Source: Macrostomum lignano (taxonomy: Eukaryota). Taken from it: a stretch of DNA of 64,000 nucleotides. Shown here one piece after another: positions 1 through 12,000 of this stretch (the stretch's first letter is position 1; each line of letters opens with the position of its first letter). A model generated the notes under the pieces. The model made no database searches and was not told the DNA's origin. It saw only the letters and a program-made list of their open reading frames with translations. Both the position numbers and the translations under genes were made by a program. The stretch lies in contig NIVC01000280.1 of NCBI GenBank assembly GCA_002269645.1, forward strand, positions 186,001 through 250,000, given 5' to 3'.

Positions 1-560
1 GCCCCACCCACCCCACACTATCACCACACCCACCCCACACTGTAAGCCCCACCCACCCCACACTATAAGCCCCACCCACCCCACACTGTAAGCCCCACCC
101 ACCCCACACTATCAGCCTCACCCACCTCACACTATCAGCCTCACCCACCCCACACTGTAAGCCCCACCCACCCCACACTGTAAGCCCACCCACCCCACAC
201 TGTAAGCCCACCCACCCCACATTGTAAGCCCACCCACCCCACACTGTAAGCCCCACCCACCCCACACTATCAGCCTCACCCACCCCACACTATCAGCCTC
301 ACCCACCCCACACTGTAAGCCCCACCCACCCCACACTATCAGCCTCACCCACCCCACACTATCAGCCTCACCCACCCCACACTGTAAGCCCCACCCACCC
401 CACACTATCAGCCCACCCACCCCACACTGTAAGCCCCACCCACCCACACTATAAGCCCCACCCACCCCACACTGTAAGCCCCACCCACCCCACACTGTAA
501 GCCCCACCCACCCCACACTGTAAGCCCCACCCACCCCACACTGTAAGCCCCACCCACCCC
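1..560. repeat. minisatellite, 22-24 bp (CCCACCCACCCCACACTGTAAGC)
   Basis: direct inspection. Confidence 0.95.
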
Positions 561-585
561 ACCCGGAGCGAAGCGCGCCCCTCAC

Positions 586-786
586 CCTGGCATCGGCGTC
601 GCCAACGGTAACCGAGGCCAGCACCTGGTCGCCGGGGCTGTGCAGGCCGGCATCCTCGGACCCGCTGCCGCCGGAGCCCTGAATGTCGAACAGCGGCCGG
701 CCGCCGGACTTGTTGCGATTTCGCATCCGGGTGACCGGCGAGGCGAATTTCAAATCGGAACCGTCGGCGTCCGGTTTCGTTCTCGG
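586..786 (-). CDS. unc-79: unc-79 exon 21
   Basis: CGCCAG / AGG|GTGAGG; GC-rich, phase 0-0. Confidence 0.75.
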
Positions 787-3700
787 CTGGCGAGCGGAAG
801 AATAGAGCATTAGCGGGGTGCGGGGAGTTCAATCGGGTTGCCAGGGCATTCAGTTATGTGGGGTTATAATATTTGATGCAAGAAATCGGCTAGAAAATAT
901 TTTTTGCTATGGCAAATCAGTTATGGGAAATTAGTTGCTATGGGTAATGAGTTGCCATGGGGGATGAGTTGCCATGGGGAATGAGTTGCGATGGGGAATG
1001 AGTTGCTAAGGTTGCTATGGGGAATGGGTCACTTTGGGTGGTAGGCTGCTATGGGCAGTAGGTTGCTATGGGCAGTTGGTTGCTATGGCTAGTTGGTTGC
1101 TATGGCTTGTGGTTGCTATGGCTAGTTGGTTGCTATGGCTAGTTGGTTGCTATGGCTAGTTGGTTGCTATAAAGAATTCGCACCTTGTAGAAAGGCGGCC
1201 TCGAAGATCTCGAAGACGAGGCGGCAGCAAAGGTGGGAGCCTCGGTGAGCGGCGACAGCGTCGGGCTCTCGTTCTCCTGGATGGTGTCGATGTCGCCGAT
1301 GGACACTGTGCTGGCGTCTGCAGGACAGTTGTGCAATCAGTTACACGTTTGGATTCTTCAGTTTTGTCAACCACAGCTTTCTATGATAGATGAATGAAGA
1401 AGCCGGTTACTGGGCAACCTCAGTAAGCGATGAGAAATTTAAAAAATCAACAAGCGAATCCTACAAGCGCAGAGCCCCGTGGCTTTCGTTCACCATCGCT
1501 CGCCCAGGCCCAATCGAACTTTTTATGACAAGTTCGAGCTAAAGCAAAAGTGCAAATCGAAATTCAATTTCCGAACTAATCAATAAACCTGTGTGCCGTA
1601 ATTGCAGATTTCGGTATATGAATTTGATAAATTGATTATAAATATTAAAAAGCACTGCAAAAGTGAATCAACTGTTCAGATAGTTGAGAAGGAGTTCATT
1701 TGATCAATTTATTGGGAATAGTGAAAATCTCCACCCGTCACCGGGAGAATCTCCCCGAAAGCAAGTGCAATAACTCATTTTTAAAAAATAACAGTTCGAT
1801 GGAAGCGAATAAGCCAAAATTTCAATCGATAATGCTGATCGGAGCCCTGAACCAGGTGCCTTCCAATGGGACAAACCTGACTCCAGACCGACAAACAGAG
1901 TTCTGGCTGCAAGTGGGGGAACAGATCGAATTTGGTGCGAAATTTTTGGTTTTGGTTTTGGTGCAAAATCTGCTGCGCACTAACTGTCGTTGCGGAGATG
2001 TGCATGTGCAGACACTACTACTTGCAAGCTATACGAGCAGTAGCACACGTTGGACGTAAAACAATTTGATTCTGGTCAAATCCAACAGCAATTTAAGTAG
2101 AATTCTACTCTAAAATAATATTACATACATCGTTTCGAAAAAAACAGCTAAATAATACAGGCACTAAAGCCAGTTCAAAATAGCTCGGGATTCTGTGCTA
2201 GTCGCACAACACGACTCTTCATCTGATCTATTCAACATAATGCAATGCACAATGCACATACATACTACCGGCTAAAGTAGTAAAGAAAATCTCAAATTAA
2301 GAGGACCAGAAGAAATGAAGATGCATGCAATATGTCTCTGACATTGCATTGTTAATTTAACAAACTAAATCACGGTAACGTATTATCAATGATATGAATA
2401 AAATACATTGCGTTTGCTAAGTAAAGAAAAAAGGTAAAGAAAGTTAGTTATTTTAGTCTCTAAATAAACAAAGGTGTTACAGTGTTCATTTAATGTTTTG
2501 TTATATTCATCATAGGACAGAGAGAAAGAGGGAGACTCCACAGACTGCAGAATACACTTGAAGTCAATCATTACAAGGCCAACTTAATCTAAAGGATGGA
2601 AGACCTGGTTTGTTAGAAAATATTTTGTATTGAGAAAAAAATATATTAAGAAACGAGGTTTCAAGAAGTCCTATTTATTTCTTACATGCTTTTATTCAGG
2701 CACCAGAATTTAATGATTCCCACCCCACTATTTTATTATAAAATGTTGAGCCAGGGGAGCGGCTTCTATAAATCAATTCAGGGCTGGATAGAAGCTGGAG
2801 AGAGATAACATGGTAGATGGTACATTCGGTGGTGTAGCACTGGCTAAAATAGATAAACAGACCTTAAAATCACTCAACGGGCGCAGACTAGATAAGGGAT
2901 TCCAAGTTCCAACTAAAAGAAAATTAACCATGGACCCACGATCTAGTGCGGGTCCACACTCCACATCCACAGGGTACAAGGGATGAGGGTTGTTGTCTTG
3001 CCATCGGAGGCGTCTGCCAAATTAATTAATATAACAAAGAATAAATTTTTCTAATAAACTAAAGGAAGCAAACGACAGCATCTGTTTCCCAAAGCCTACA
3101 TGCATCGATAAAAATATAGGGAAGCAGTTTGTTCTACATTTATTCTAGAACAAGCTGTTGAAACCCGCGGATTTTGAACCCGGGGAATTCCAATCCCCGG
3201 AACTATTTTTGCATGTATTCTGAAATCTGAGCCCATCTGAAACAAAAACTTGTTAATAGTTAGTAGGATAGAGGTAGACATAAAATGGAGCACATTCGTG
3301 TAAAATTAGGATTTGAGGCAAACATTGATATTGTTGACTGGACTGGGGTACTTCACAGAATGTCAGGCAATGTCTGTCTGACTCTAAAACATGTATTGGC
3401 AAACTCTGGCCTCTCCCTGACTCTCCCTATGTCCCTTGGATCCTTTAAAATTTCTATCGTCTCTTCTGTTTCCTTTCTTCTCTCTCGTCCCTCGTCTCTC
3501 CTCTCTCTTCTCTCCTCTCTCCTCTCTTCTCTCATATCTTCAATCATCTCTCTTCTCTTTCATCTCTCTTATCTCTTGTCTCTTCTCTCTACTCTTTTCT
3601 CTCTCTCTCCTCTCTACTTTTCGTTTTCTCTCTCCTCTCCTCTCTCCTATCTTCTTTCGTATCTTCCCTCATCTCTCTTCTCTTTCATATCTCTTATCTC

Positions 3701-3994
3701 ATCTCTTCCCTTTTCTTTTCTCTCTCCTCTCCTCTCTCCTCTACTTTTTCGTTTTCTCTCTTCTCCTCTCTCTCCTCTCTCCCCTCTTCTCTCGTCTCTT
3801 CCTTCTCCTCTCTATTCTTTTCTCTCTTCTCTTAACTCTCTCCTCTCTCCTCTCTACTCTTTCCTCTCTCTCTTCTCTCTCCCCTCGTCGCTCGTCTCTT
3901 CCCTCACCTCTCTTCTCTCTTGTCTGCATTTTTATCTCTCCTTTCTCTTCTTTTATCTTTTCTCTCTTATCTCTTCTCGTTTCTATCTGCTCTG

Positions 3995-4057
<63 letters not shown>

Positions 4058-6050
4058 CTCTTCATTCTCCTATTTCCTCTTCTCTCTCCCTGTCTCTCCT
4101 CTCTCCTCTAGTCACTGTAATCTCTTCTCTCTTATCTCTCCTCTGTTCTCTCTACTCTCCCATCTCTCGTCTGTTCACCCTCATTTCTGCTGTCTCATCT
4201 GTCATCTTTACTCTCTAATACGTTCTCTCACTTATCTCCTCTGTACTCTTCTCTTTCACCTCTTCTGACTCCTCTCTTTCCTTACTCCTCTCTTCTTTTC
4301 TCTTCCCTCTTCTATACTCTCTCTCCTCTATTATCTTCTCTCGTCTCTCTGCACTCTCCTCTCACCTTTTTCATCTCTCATCTTTACTCTCTCATCTCTC
4401 CTTTCATCTGTCTCATCTCTACAATCTCATCTCTTTCCTCTTTCCTCCTCTTCCCTTTACTCTCTCATCTCTCCTTTCTCCCCTCTTCTTACACCCCTAT
4501 CTTATCTCTATCTCTTCTCTTCTCACCCCTTCTCTCCCTCTCTTATCTCCTCTCTTTTCTATCCTTTCTACTCTCTCCTCTCTAATCTCTCCTCTCCTCT
4601 TGACCCTCTGTCATCTTCTTTCTGCTCTCTCATCTCTACTCTCTTCTCACTCTTCTCTACTCTCCTCTCATCGATCCTCTGTCTCATATCTCCCCTCTTC
4701 TCACCTTTACTCTTTCCTCTCCCTCCTTTCTCCCCTCCTCTCGCTTCTTCCTCCCTTCTTCTCTGCTTTCTCCTCACCACTTGTCTCTCCTCTTATCTTC
4801 CATGTTTTCTCTTATCCCCGTCCCGTCTCTTCTAATAGTCTATTCCTTCTCCTTTCCACTCTCATCTGGCCCGCACATAAGCTGGATTCTTTATCTGGCT
4901 TTTGAAGTAAAAGTCTGCCGATCCCTGCTTCGAAAGCCAGTTTGTGGGACGTAGTACTCTCATCGTTATTCTCATGCTTTGATCACGTCATATTTCTTGC
5001 CAATTTGCAGCCCTGAAAGGAATTTGTGAATCTTCAGCTCCACTGCAGTCTGCATCAGTCTAACAACCAAGGAAATACGCATTTCTTAGGCCATTTAAAT
5101 TTCAAAGTTTAAGAGAAACTTTAAGAGAAACTTAAAATTTCCATGGTGTGCCTAATTTAGTAGGGTTGTATTTCATTGCATCGCATCGCCTTTTCATAAA
5201 TATTTCGCTTTTACAAACCATGCTGGATTGCCTCGATTTGCCAATTGCCATCCACTGTTAGACTGCTGCAGAGTTTGCCTATACAGAGGGGAGGGCAGTG
5301 GTTAGAATTTCTCACTAAACTGTTATGGCTAAACGTAGCCTCTCCACTCGCGGGGGTACAGCGAAGGCTATTAAAAAGTTATTCCAAAACACTGTACATT
5401 CGCTATGTACATTGAGCCCTATCGCCTGACCCTTCGTCTGGCTCTGGGGGAATGAGTGAGTGAGTGGCACAAACAACAGAAAAAGCAGACAAACTTCACA
5501 TGCTTACAGTTTCTTTTTCGGGTGAGTTACAGAGTTGAAACTTTACATTTAGATAGAGAATGGGTCAATGAAGAATTGTGTCAAGTTTGAAGTCAATCGC
5601 TTTACGTGGAGCAAACTTATGGCAGCTGAAAGTTAGTCAATTTTGAAACCCTTTTACACATCTGGGCCCAGATCGGTATCGGGAAAGAGAGGCAGGCGGG
5701 CGGAGGTTGGGGTGGTTGCTACGCTGAAAAAAAACAGCCTAACTTTAAAAGTGCACAGCACCGCTCAGGATTAACTTTGAGACTCGAAATTTTACATGAT
5801 TGTGCCAAAATAGTTAAAGATTATCTGTGTCAAATTTGAAGAGAATCGGTAGAAGTGGAGCGGCGCTATGGAGGATTAAGTGAAAAAATCGCGCATTTTG
5901 AGCAGTTTTTTGTACTTTTAGGTAGGAAGACTTGAGTCTAGGAAATTTAAAGGTAGCCTAAGACATTCTCCGTAGTAAGTTTAGGGTGGGTGTAAAGTTT
6001 GGTGTAATTTGGTTGAGCGGTTTGGGAGTCCATAGCGAAGTAATTTGTCC

Positions 6051-6083
<33 letters not shown>

Positions 6084-9000
6084 GTTTTGATTTTTATAGG
6101 TAGAGATATTCTAGGATCACTACAGGAGTGCAGGACCGATTCAGACTTCAGAGTAGACCAGTGTTTTTTTCTTTAGTACTCGTACGTGTTAGTGGAATGC
6201 CTATCTAGTCCGTTGCAATGCTCTGCTGTTGAGACTGGGAATAATAACACACGAAGTTAGAACGAGCATGGAAAGTAACGATCCACGAAGAGAGAAGGCT
6301 AAGGGCACGTGACGTGGGGGTTGGGTTTAGACAATAGTGTACATTGGACCCCCCAGGGGGAGTGATAACTGATAAGGGTAGAAAATCAGCACAAAGCGAG
6401 GAGAGGGGAGGTAGAGAAACATGTACATCTAACCCAGACGAAGACACCCAGTTTGTGACATGATAAATTGTTATTGTCTCGCAGTTAATTATCTTAAGAT
6501 AAAGAAAGGAATGATGTTTGTTACTTAAATTTTATCATTAAACTAAGCAGGATCATAAAGACGAAGAGAGAAAAGACTAAAGGCACGTGACGGGGGGTTG
6601 GGTTAAGACAATAGTGTACATTGGACCCCACCAGGGTAAAGTGATAAATGATAAGGATAGAAAATCAGCACAAAGCGAGGAGAGAGGACGCCGGGACGGT
6701 AGAGAAACATGTACATCTAACCCAGACGAAGACCACCCAGTTTGTGAGATGATAAATTTTTATTGTCTCGCAGTTAATTATCTTAAGATTAAAAAAAGAG
6801 GAATGATACTTGTTCCTTAAAATTTATCATTAAACTAAGCAGGATCATAAAGACTAGTGCAAATAGAATTAGTTTTACTAGCTGAATGCAGCCCGGAACA
6901 CACAGCACGCCAGACTATTGGTTTTCAAGATGCTCATATAAAACAGCCTACAAAGGGGGACATAAAAAACTGCCAAATAAGGCAAGTTGGTGCAGACAAC
7001 TCGGATTCGGTGGAGCACAGAGCGGAGTGCTGTACCAACCTTTGGGTTTATCCAGCTTCTCCGAGCCTAAAAAAGCGAGTGTTAGTTGGCATAAAGACGG
7101 CATTAATGCACAGTCTAGACATGTCAGCTGTAAAACTGAAGGAACGCGTGCCAGCAGATATTGTTGAGTGTAGTGGGAGAAAAGATTGGAGCAAAGCTTT
7201 AAAAAAATTGCGTTGAATTCAATAGCATCTACTAAAAATAATTAGCACATAAATTTAAACAGCTATCAACTATCACTCTATCAAAGTATTTTAATTTTCA
7301 GGACGAAAAATATTTTTAAGTGAATAAAATTACAATTACGTTTAAAGGTGCCAAATTAAAGTCTAGCAGCACAAAATACGTAGAGTGCGCAAAGGTAGGG
7401 AGCCGAAAAGTACATTAGTAAAAGCAACACAGGCCGGCCTTATCCAGCATGCAGTTGTTGGCATGGGTGTCTAAATTTTCTTTTCTGTTTCGTTTTGTAT
7501 CTACTCTTTAAAACAATATTTCATGTTATGATAATCAATACGTGTTACTAAGAGTAATATTTAAAATAATTGCCAACTGGTCCAGCCAATAAACATTTGT
7601 AGACATTACGTAAAACAAAAAATCAACTTTATCATAGCATTAAATTTTTTAACATAAACCCCAACCACATCCATAATGGAGCCATAATGCCCCACAAACC
7701 CCACCCTCAAACCCTACCCCACCAACCCTACCCCACAAACCCCACCCCCAAACCCTACCCCACCAATCCTATCCCACAAACCCCACCCCACCAACCCTAC
7801 CCCACCAACCCTACCCCACCAACCCTACCCCACCAACCCTACCCCACCAACCCTACCCCACAAACCCCAACCCCCAAACCCTACCCCACCAACCCCACCC
7901 CACAAAACCTACCCCACAAAACCCTACCCCAGATAATAACAATAACTTAACTGATTACACCTGCTCTAATGGAATGGGGAGATGGGAAACCGACAGCTCA
8001 GCCGCGGCTATTGCGCGGCACATCTGAAGGCTGTTCATTTAAGGACTGGGGAGTCGCCACACACACCCTCATTTAACCCAGATAATGCTGGTATTTACAG
8101 CTGGGTGAACTGAAGCAATGCAGTTTGAGTGTATTGCTCAATGACAAAAATTGTTTCGAATGGGTCGAGAATCGAACCCGAACTTTCAGTAGAGTCCGGC
8201 GCTCTAACCACTAGGCTACAACCCCTACCCTACAAGAGCTACTCTAAAAGCCTCACATAACCGCAGCTGTGCCTCAATGGTACTGCAAAATGGTGGCTTT
8301 ACAAAAATTTGAATTCCTTCGGCGAGAAAAAATCGATCAGCAAGGACAAAAAACCGAAAAAAGCAACTCAGAACACCTTTCTCCCCCGGTGGTAGCGCAA
8401 ACTCACCCCGTGGCCTGTGCGAATGCGAAGCCGGAGGTTCGAAGGCCTCCTCAGCGTTCTCCTTGCACACGTGAACCTGGGCGTCTATCGTGTTGATTGC
8501 GATCTTCACGAGCACCTCCATGATGGACGCGAAGTTGGGCGAGTTGTACTGGTACTGCGGCGGCCAGAGCGGGGTGGGCGAGTGAATTGAGACAACAATA
8601 CTAGTCACCACTCATTCATAAATAATCGTACGAGTTGCGGGCAAACTGGCAAAGCGTGAAAGCAACTCTGCCTTTATTTAAAGGGTCAACCACCGCCCGC
8701 AATTCCCCTCAGTTTGCCAGTCAGCCCTCGCCGCAGTCTGAAAGTTGTAGCAAATCTCAAAGCCTACCTTATAGAGAATGATGAGCAGGGCATTCAGCCA
8801 GTGGTTCCTAGTGTAGGGCTCCAGCAGGCAGAGGCTGTAGTCTGGTGGCTGGTTGTCGCTGGCATATCGCTGAGGCGACGGAGCGTACTGCAGCACGGCC
8901 AGGGCCACGTGAAGTACATTGTTGCCAACCTCAAAGTTGCAGTCTAGCACGGGCGAAATGCCGCCAATGAATGCGTGGAATACCGTCAGGCTCCTTGAGT

Positions 9001-12000
9001 TGGGATGCGAGAAAATAGTTTTTGAGCTTAAGTGATGATTGTCATCTAGGGCGGTTCAGGGGCGATTGTCATATAGGGCGGTTCAGGGGCGATTGTCATC
9101 TAGGGCGGTTCAGGGGCGATTGTCATCTAGGGCGGTTCAGGGGCGATTGTCATCTAGGGCGGTTCAGGGGCGATTGTCATCTAGGGCGGTTCAGGGGCGA
9201 TTGTCATCTAGGGCGGTTCAGGGGCGATTGTCATCTAGGGCGGTTCAGGGGCGATTGTCATCTAGGGCGGTTCAGGGGCGATTGCCATCTAGGGCGGTTC
9301 AGGGGCGATTCTCATCTAGGGTGGTTCAGGGGCGACTGCCATCTAGGCCGTGCACAAAGCTTTCACGCACCTAAGCTTGTAGGGCGGCACGCTAAACGTC
9401 TTGTCAGCCTGGTTGTACCCCAGCAGCGTGTTGAGGTGCCGCAGCACCAAGCTCTGAGTCTTCGTGTTCTGCCTGTCGTCGCTCTGAGTGGCGAGGTCCA
9501 GGTTGGCCATGAAGTGCAGCAGCAGCGCCACCAGCTGGTGCAGGGTCTCCCGGTCGCCGCCCTCGAGGTCCAGGGCCCGCTGCAGCTGCGCCGCGAAGTT
9601 GCTCTCTTCATCAGTGAACTCGCGGAATTGGCCGCCTGCGTTCCAATTCGGAAAATTGTACACAATTCAAATCTGCACCAGTGGGAATTCTCCCCGCGTT
9701 AGGGGGAATTTTCCGAGACCGAGAATCCCGAACTACGTAATTCCCCAGATCAGAGGTATAATTAGAATTCTTGCGAAACGTTCTCAGAAACCAATGTAGA
9801 AAAATTGCAGTTGGCCAAGTAGTGGACAGGATTAATGCATAGTGCAGAGACAGAACAAATTACAGTTGAATAGGAAAATTATAATTTCAAGAGGCAGTGA
9901 TAAATACTAGCCAATGAGCTGATGCTTTTGCTTGAGAAATTTTCTGGCTAAATCATTGTACCTGCAGTAGCCAATATTGATTAGAAATAAAATGATAGCA
10001 TTAGATTCGTGATACGCTAGAGGGACACTAGTTGTGATATAGAGGAGAATTAAAGAGTAAGAAATAGAAGGCAAAAGTACATGTCCGAAAGTTTCCCTCC
10101 ACCTAATACAATAAATTAATACAGACAGGTGCTATAGCAAAATAATGTTTATTAATAAAAAAGAAACTCAATGCGCGCGCAGTTGCGACTTCTGACTCGG
10201 TTTTTATACCTCAATAAAATAATAATTATAGCTTGCTTTCGAGTTAAAGTACACAAAGCCTAACCACCCTAACCAGTAGTTTTCAAACCGACCACAGGAA
10301 TTCAGCAACAGCTCAATAAAAAACTAAAGAAACATGTAAACCACAGAATACACCAGAATGCTCAATCAAGCTCCCTGCGAAAAAAAGTTGAGGCAAAAAC
10401 TATTTGCTAGCTACGCTACTTCTAAGGTGAAGTGATTCGTGAGTAGTGCTGGCTTTTTCATCAACCTAGTGTATTGAGATCGATTTTGCCATAGACGATG
10501 TTTTTCGCTTGTCTTTCTGTCCATCTATCCTATCTATTGGATGCCTAGTGTACAATAACTCAGCTTAGTTGCCTGCGTTCCTTAGATTTATACCCCTTTT
10601 GGCCGCTCCAAATAAATCGATGGTCCAATGTTAAAGTCGTTTGGCTGACAGCTACTTTATTTAATTGTAAGTGTCCCGTGATTCTCATTTTCACGCCTCT
10701 GTTGCGCCATGCCAACAGTTTCACGTCGGCAGTGCGCACCATACGGCTGTGAATCCTATGCGTATAGAAATCAACCTGGAGTTCGTTTTCATAAGTTTTC
10801 AATCAAGAGTCCTGAAAGGTACGTGACATCAGTATTATGATATGCGATGCGAAGAATGGGCGCGCCGACTCTACAGAGCCGACCTGCTAGGCAAAGCTAA
10901 CGAGCACAAGTGGGCATGTGCCGTCGTGTGCAGCCTCCACTTCACTGACGAAATGTACAGCTGCCCAAGACTTCGCCAAGAGCCGGGCACGCAACTATTG
11001 ACTACGGCGTTTCCTGCTAGAAATCTGTACAAAGCGATTCCACCAGTCCTGCAAAGAAAATCTTTGACTGTCCGAGGTGAACCTTTAGACATGTCTCCGA
11101 GAAAGGACGCTCCGCCGATTACTGTGCCATTACCCAAGCCTACCCGTCGAAGAGTTGCGACCATGCTGCAGCTAAGGCAGAAACTCAAGGCTCAATTTTC
11201 ATATACGGCTATATCACGTACCCAATTGCCTAAACTGCTGCTCATACTGCTGTTTTTAAACTGTTCTAGTTTGCTTTTAATGTTCACAATTAATATCTAC
11301 ATTTTCATGTCGCTACAGCTGCAAATATACAATCGGGACCTTCTGTCCATAAAATATTCCCCCTCGAATGGACGTACAAAAAGGTGACTACTTCTCAAAT
11401 TTCAGTACTACTTATCGCTTCTTCACCTCAGGAGTAGTGTCTATGGTTTTATATTTTGGCTTTCGATTTGGAAGCTGATTGAGCATTATTCTGGTGTATT
11501 CTGTGATGTAAACTAAAAATTAATGACACAAGTTTAAAAAATAGCAACTCATTTTTAGAGCAAACTTTTGCCAGTTTGCCTTACTGACAGTAGCAACATC
11601 AGCATCTGCGGCGCTAAATAGCAATAATTGGCTAAATAAATTTCTATCCAATGCTAACCGCCTCTCTCAGCCGCGCGCGGCAAATCGAAATGCATTTTCT
11701 CTCTAAAGTGGAGAACAGGTGTAAAAAACAAAGAAGAGAAGCGCGGCCCGCCGCCTGCATTTACCCTGCTGCTTGGTGGCGCCTTGCGGCCTGCCAGGCT
11801 CTGGGTTCGACCGGGGGAAAATGAGATATTAAATCATTAATTACTGGCAATTAACAACAGGCATTTGTTAGTTACACCAAAACTCTGACAGCGAATTTTA
11901 ACGCCGAACTATCGCGAAAAAAACATTGGGAATATAAAGCGTAATGTTGATTGCATCATATGGCTGCGCAAATCTGATGGCAGTTATGGACAAATATCAA

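Noticed and set aside
3285-4268. 327-aa Ser/Leu-rich ORF and overlapping ORFs
   Set aside because: Translation of the CT low-complexity tract, which cannot form stop codons.
8150-8224. Possible tRNA gene
   Set aside because: A and B boxes are present but no convincing cloverleaf; it continues into a SINE-like body.
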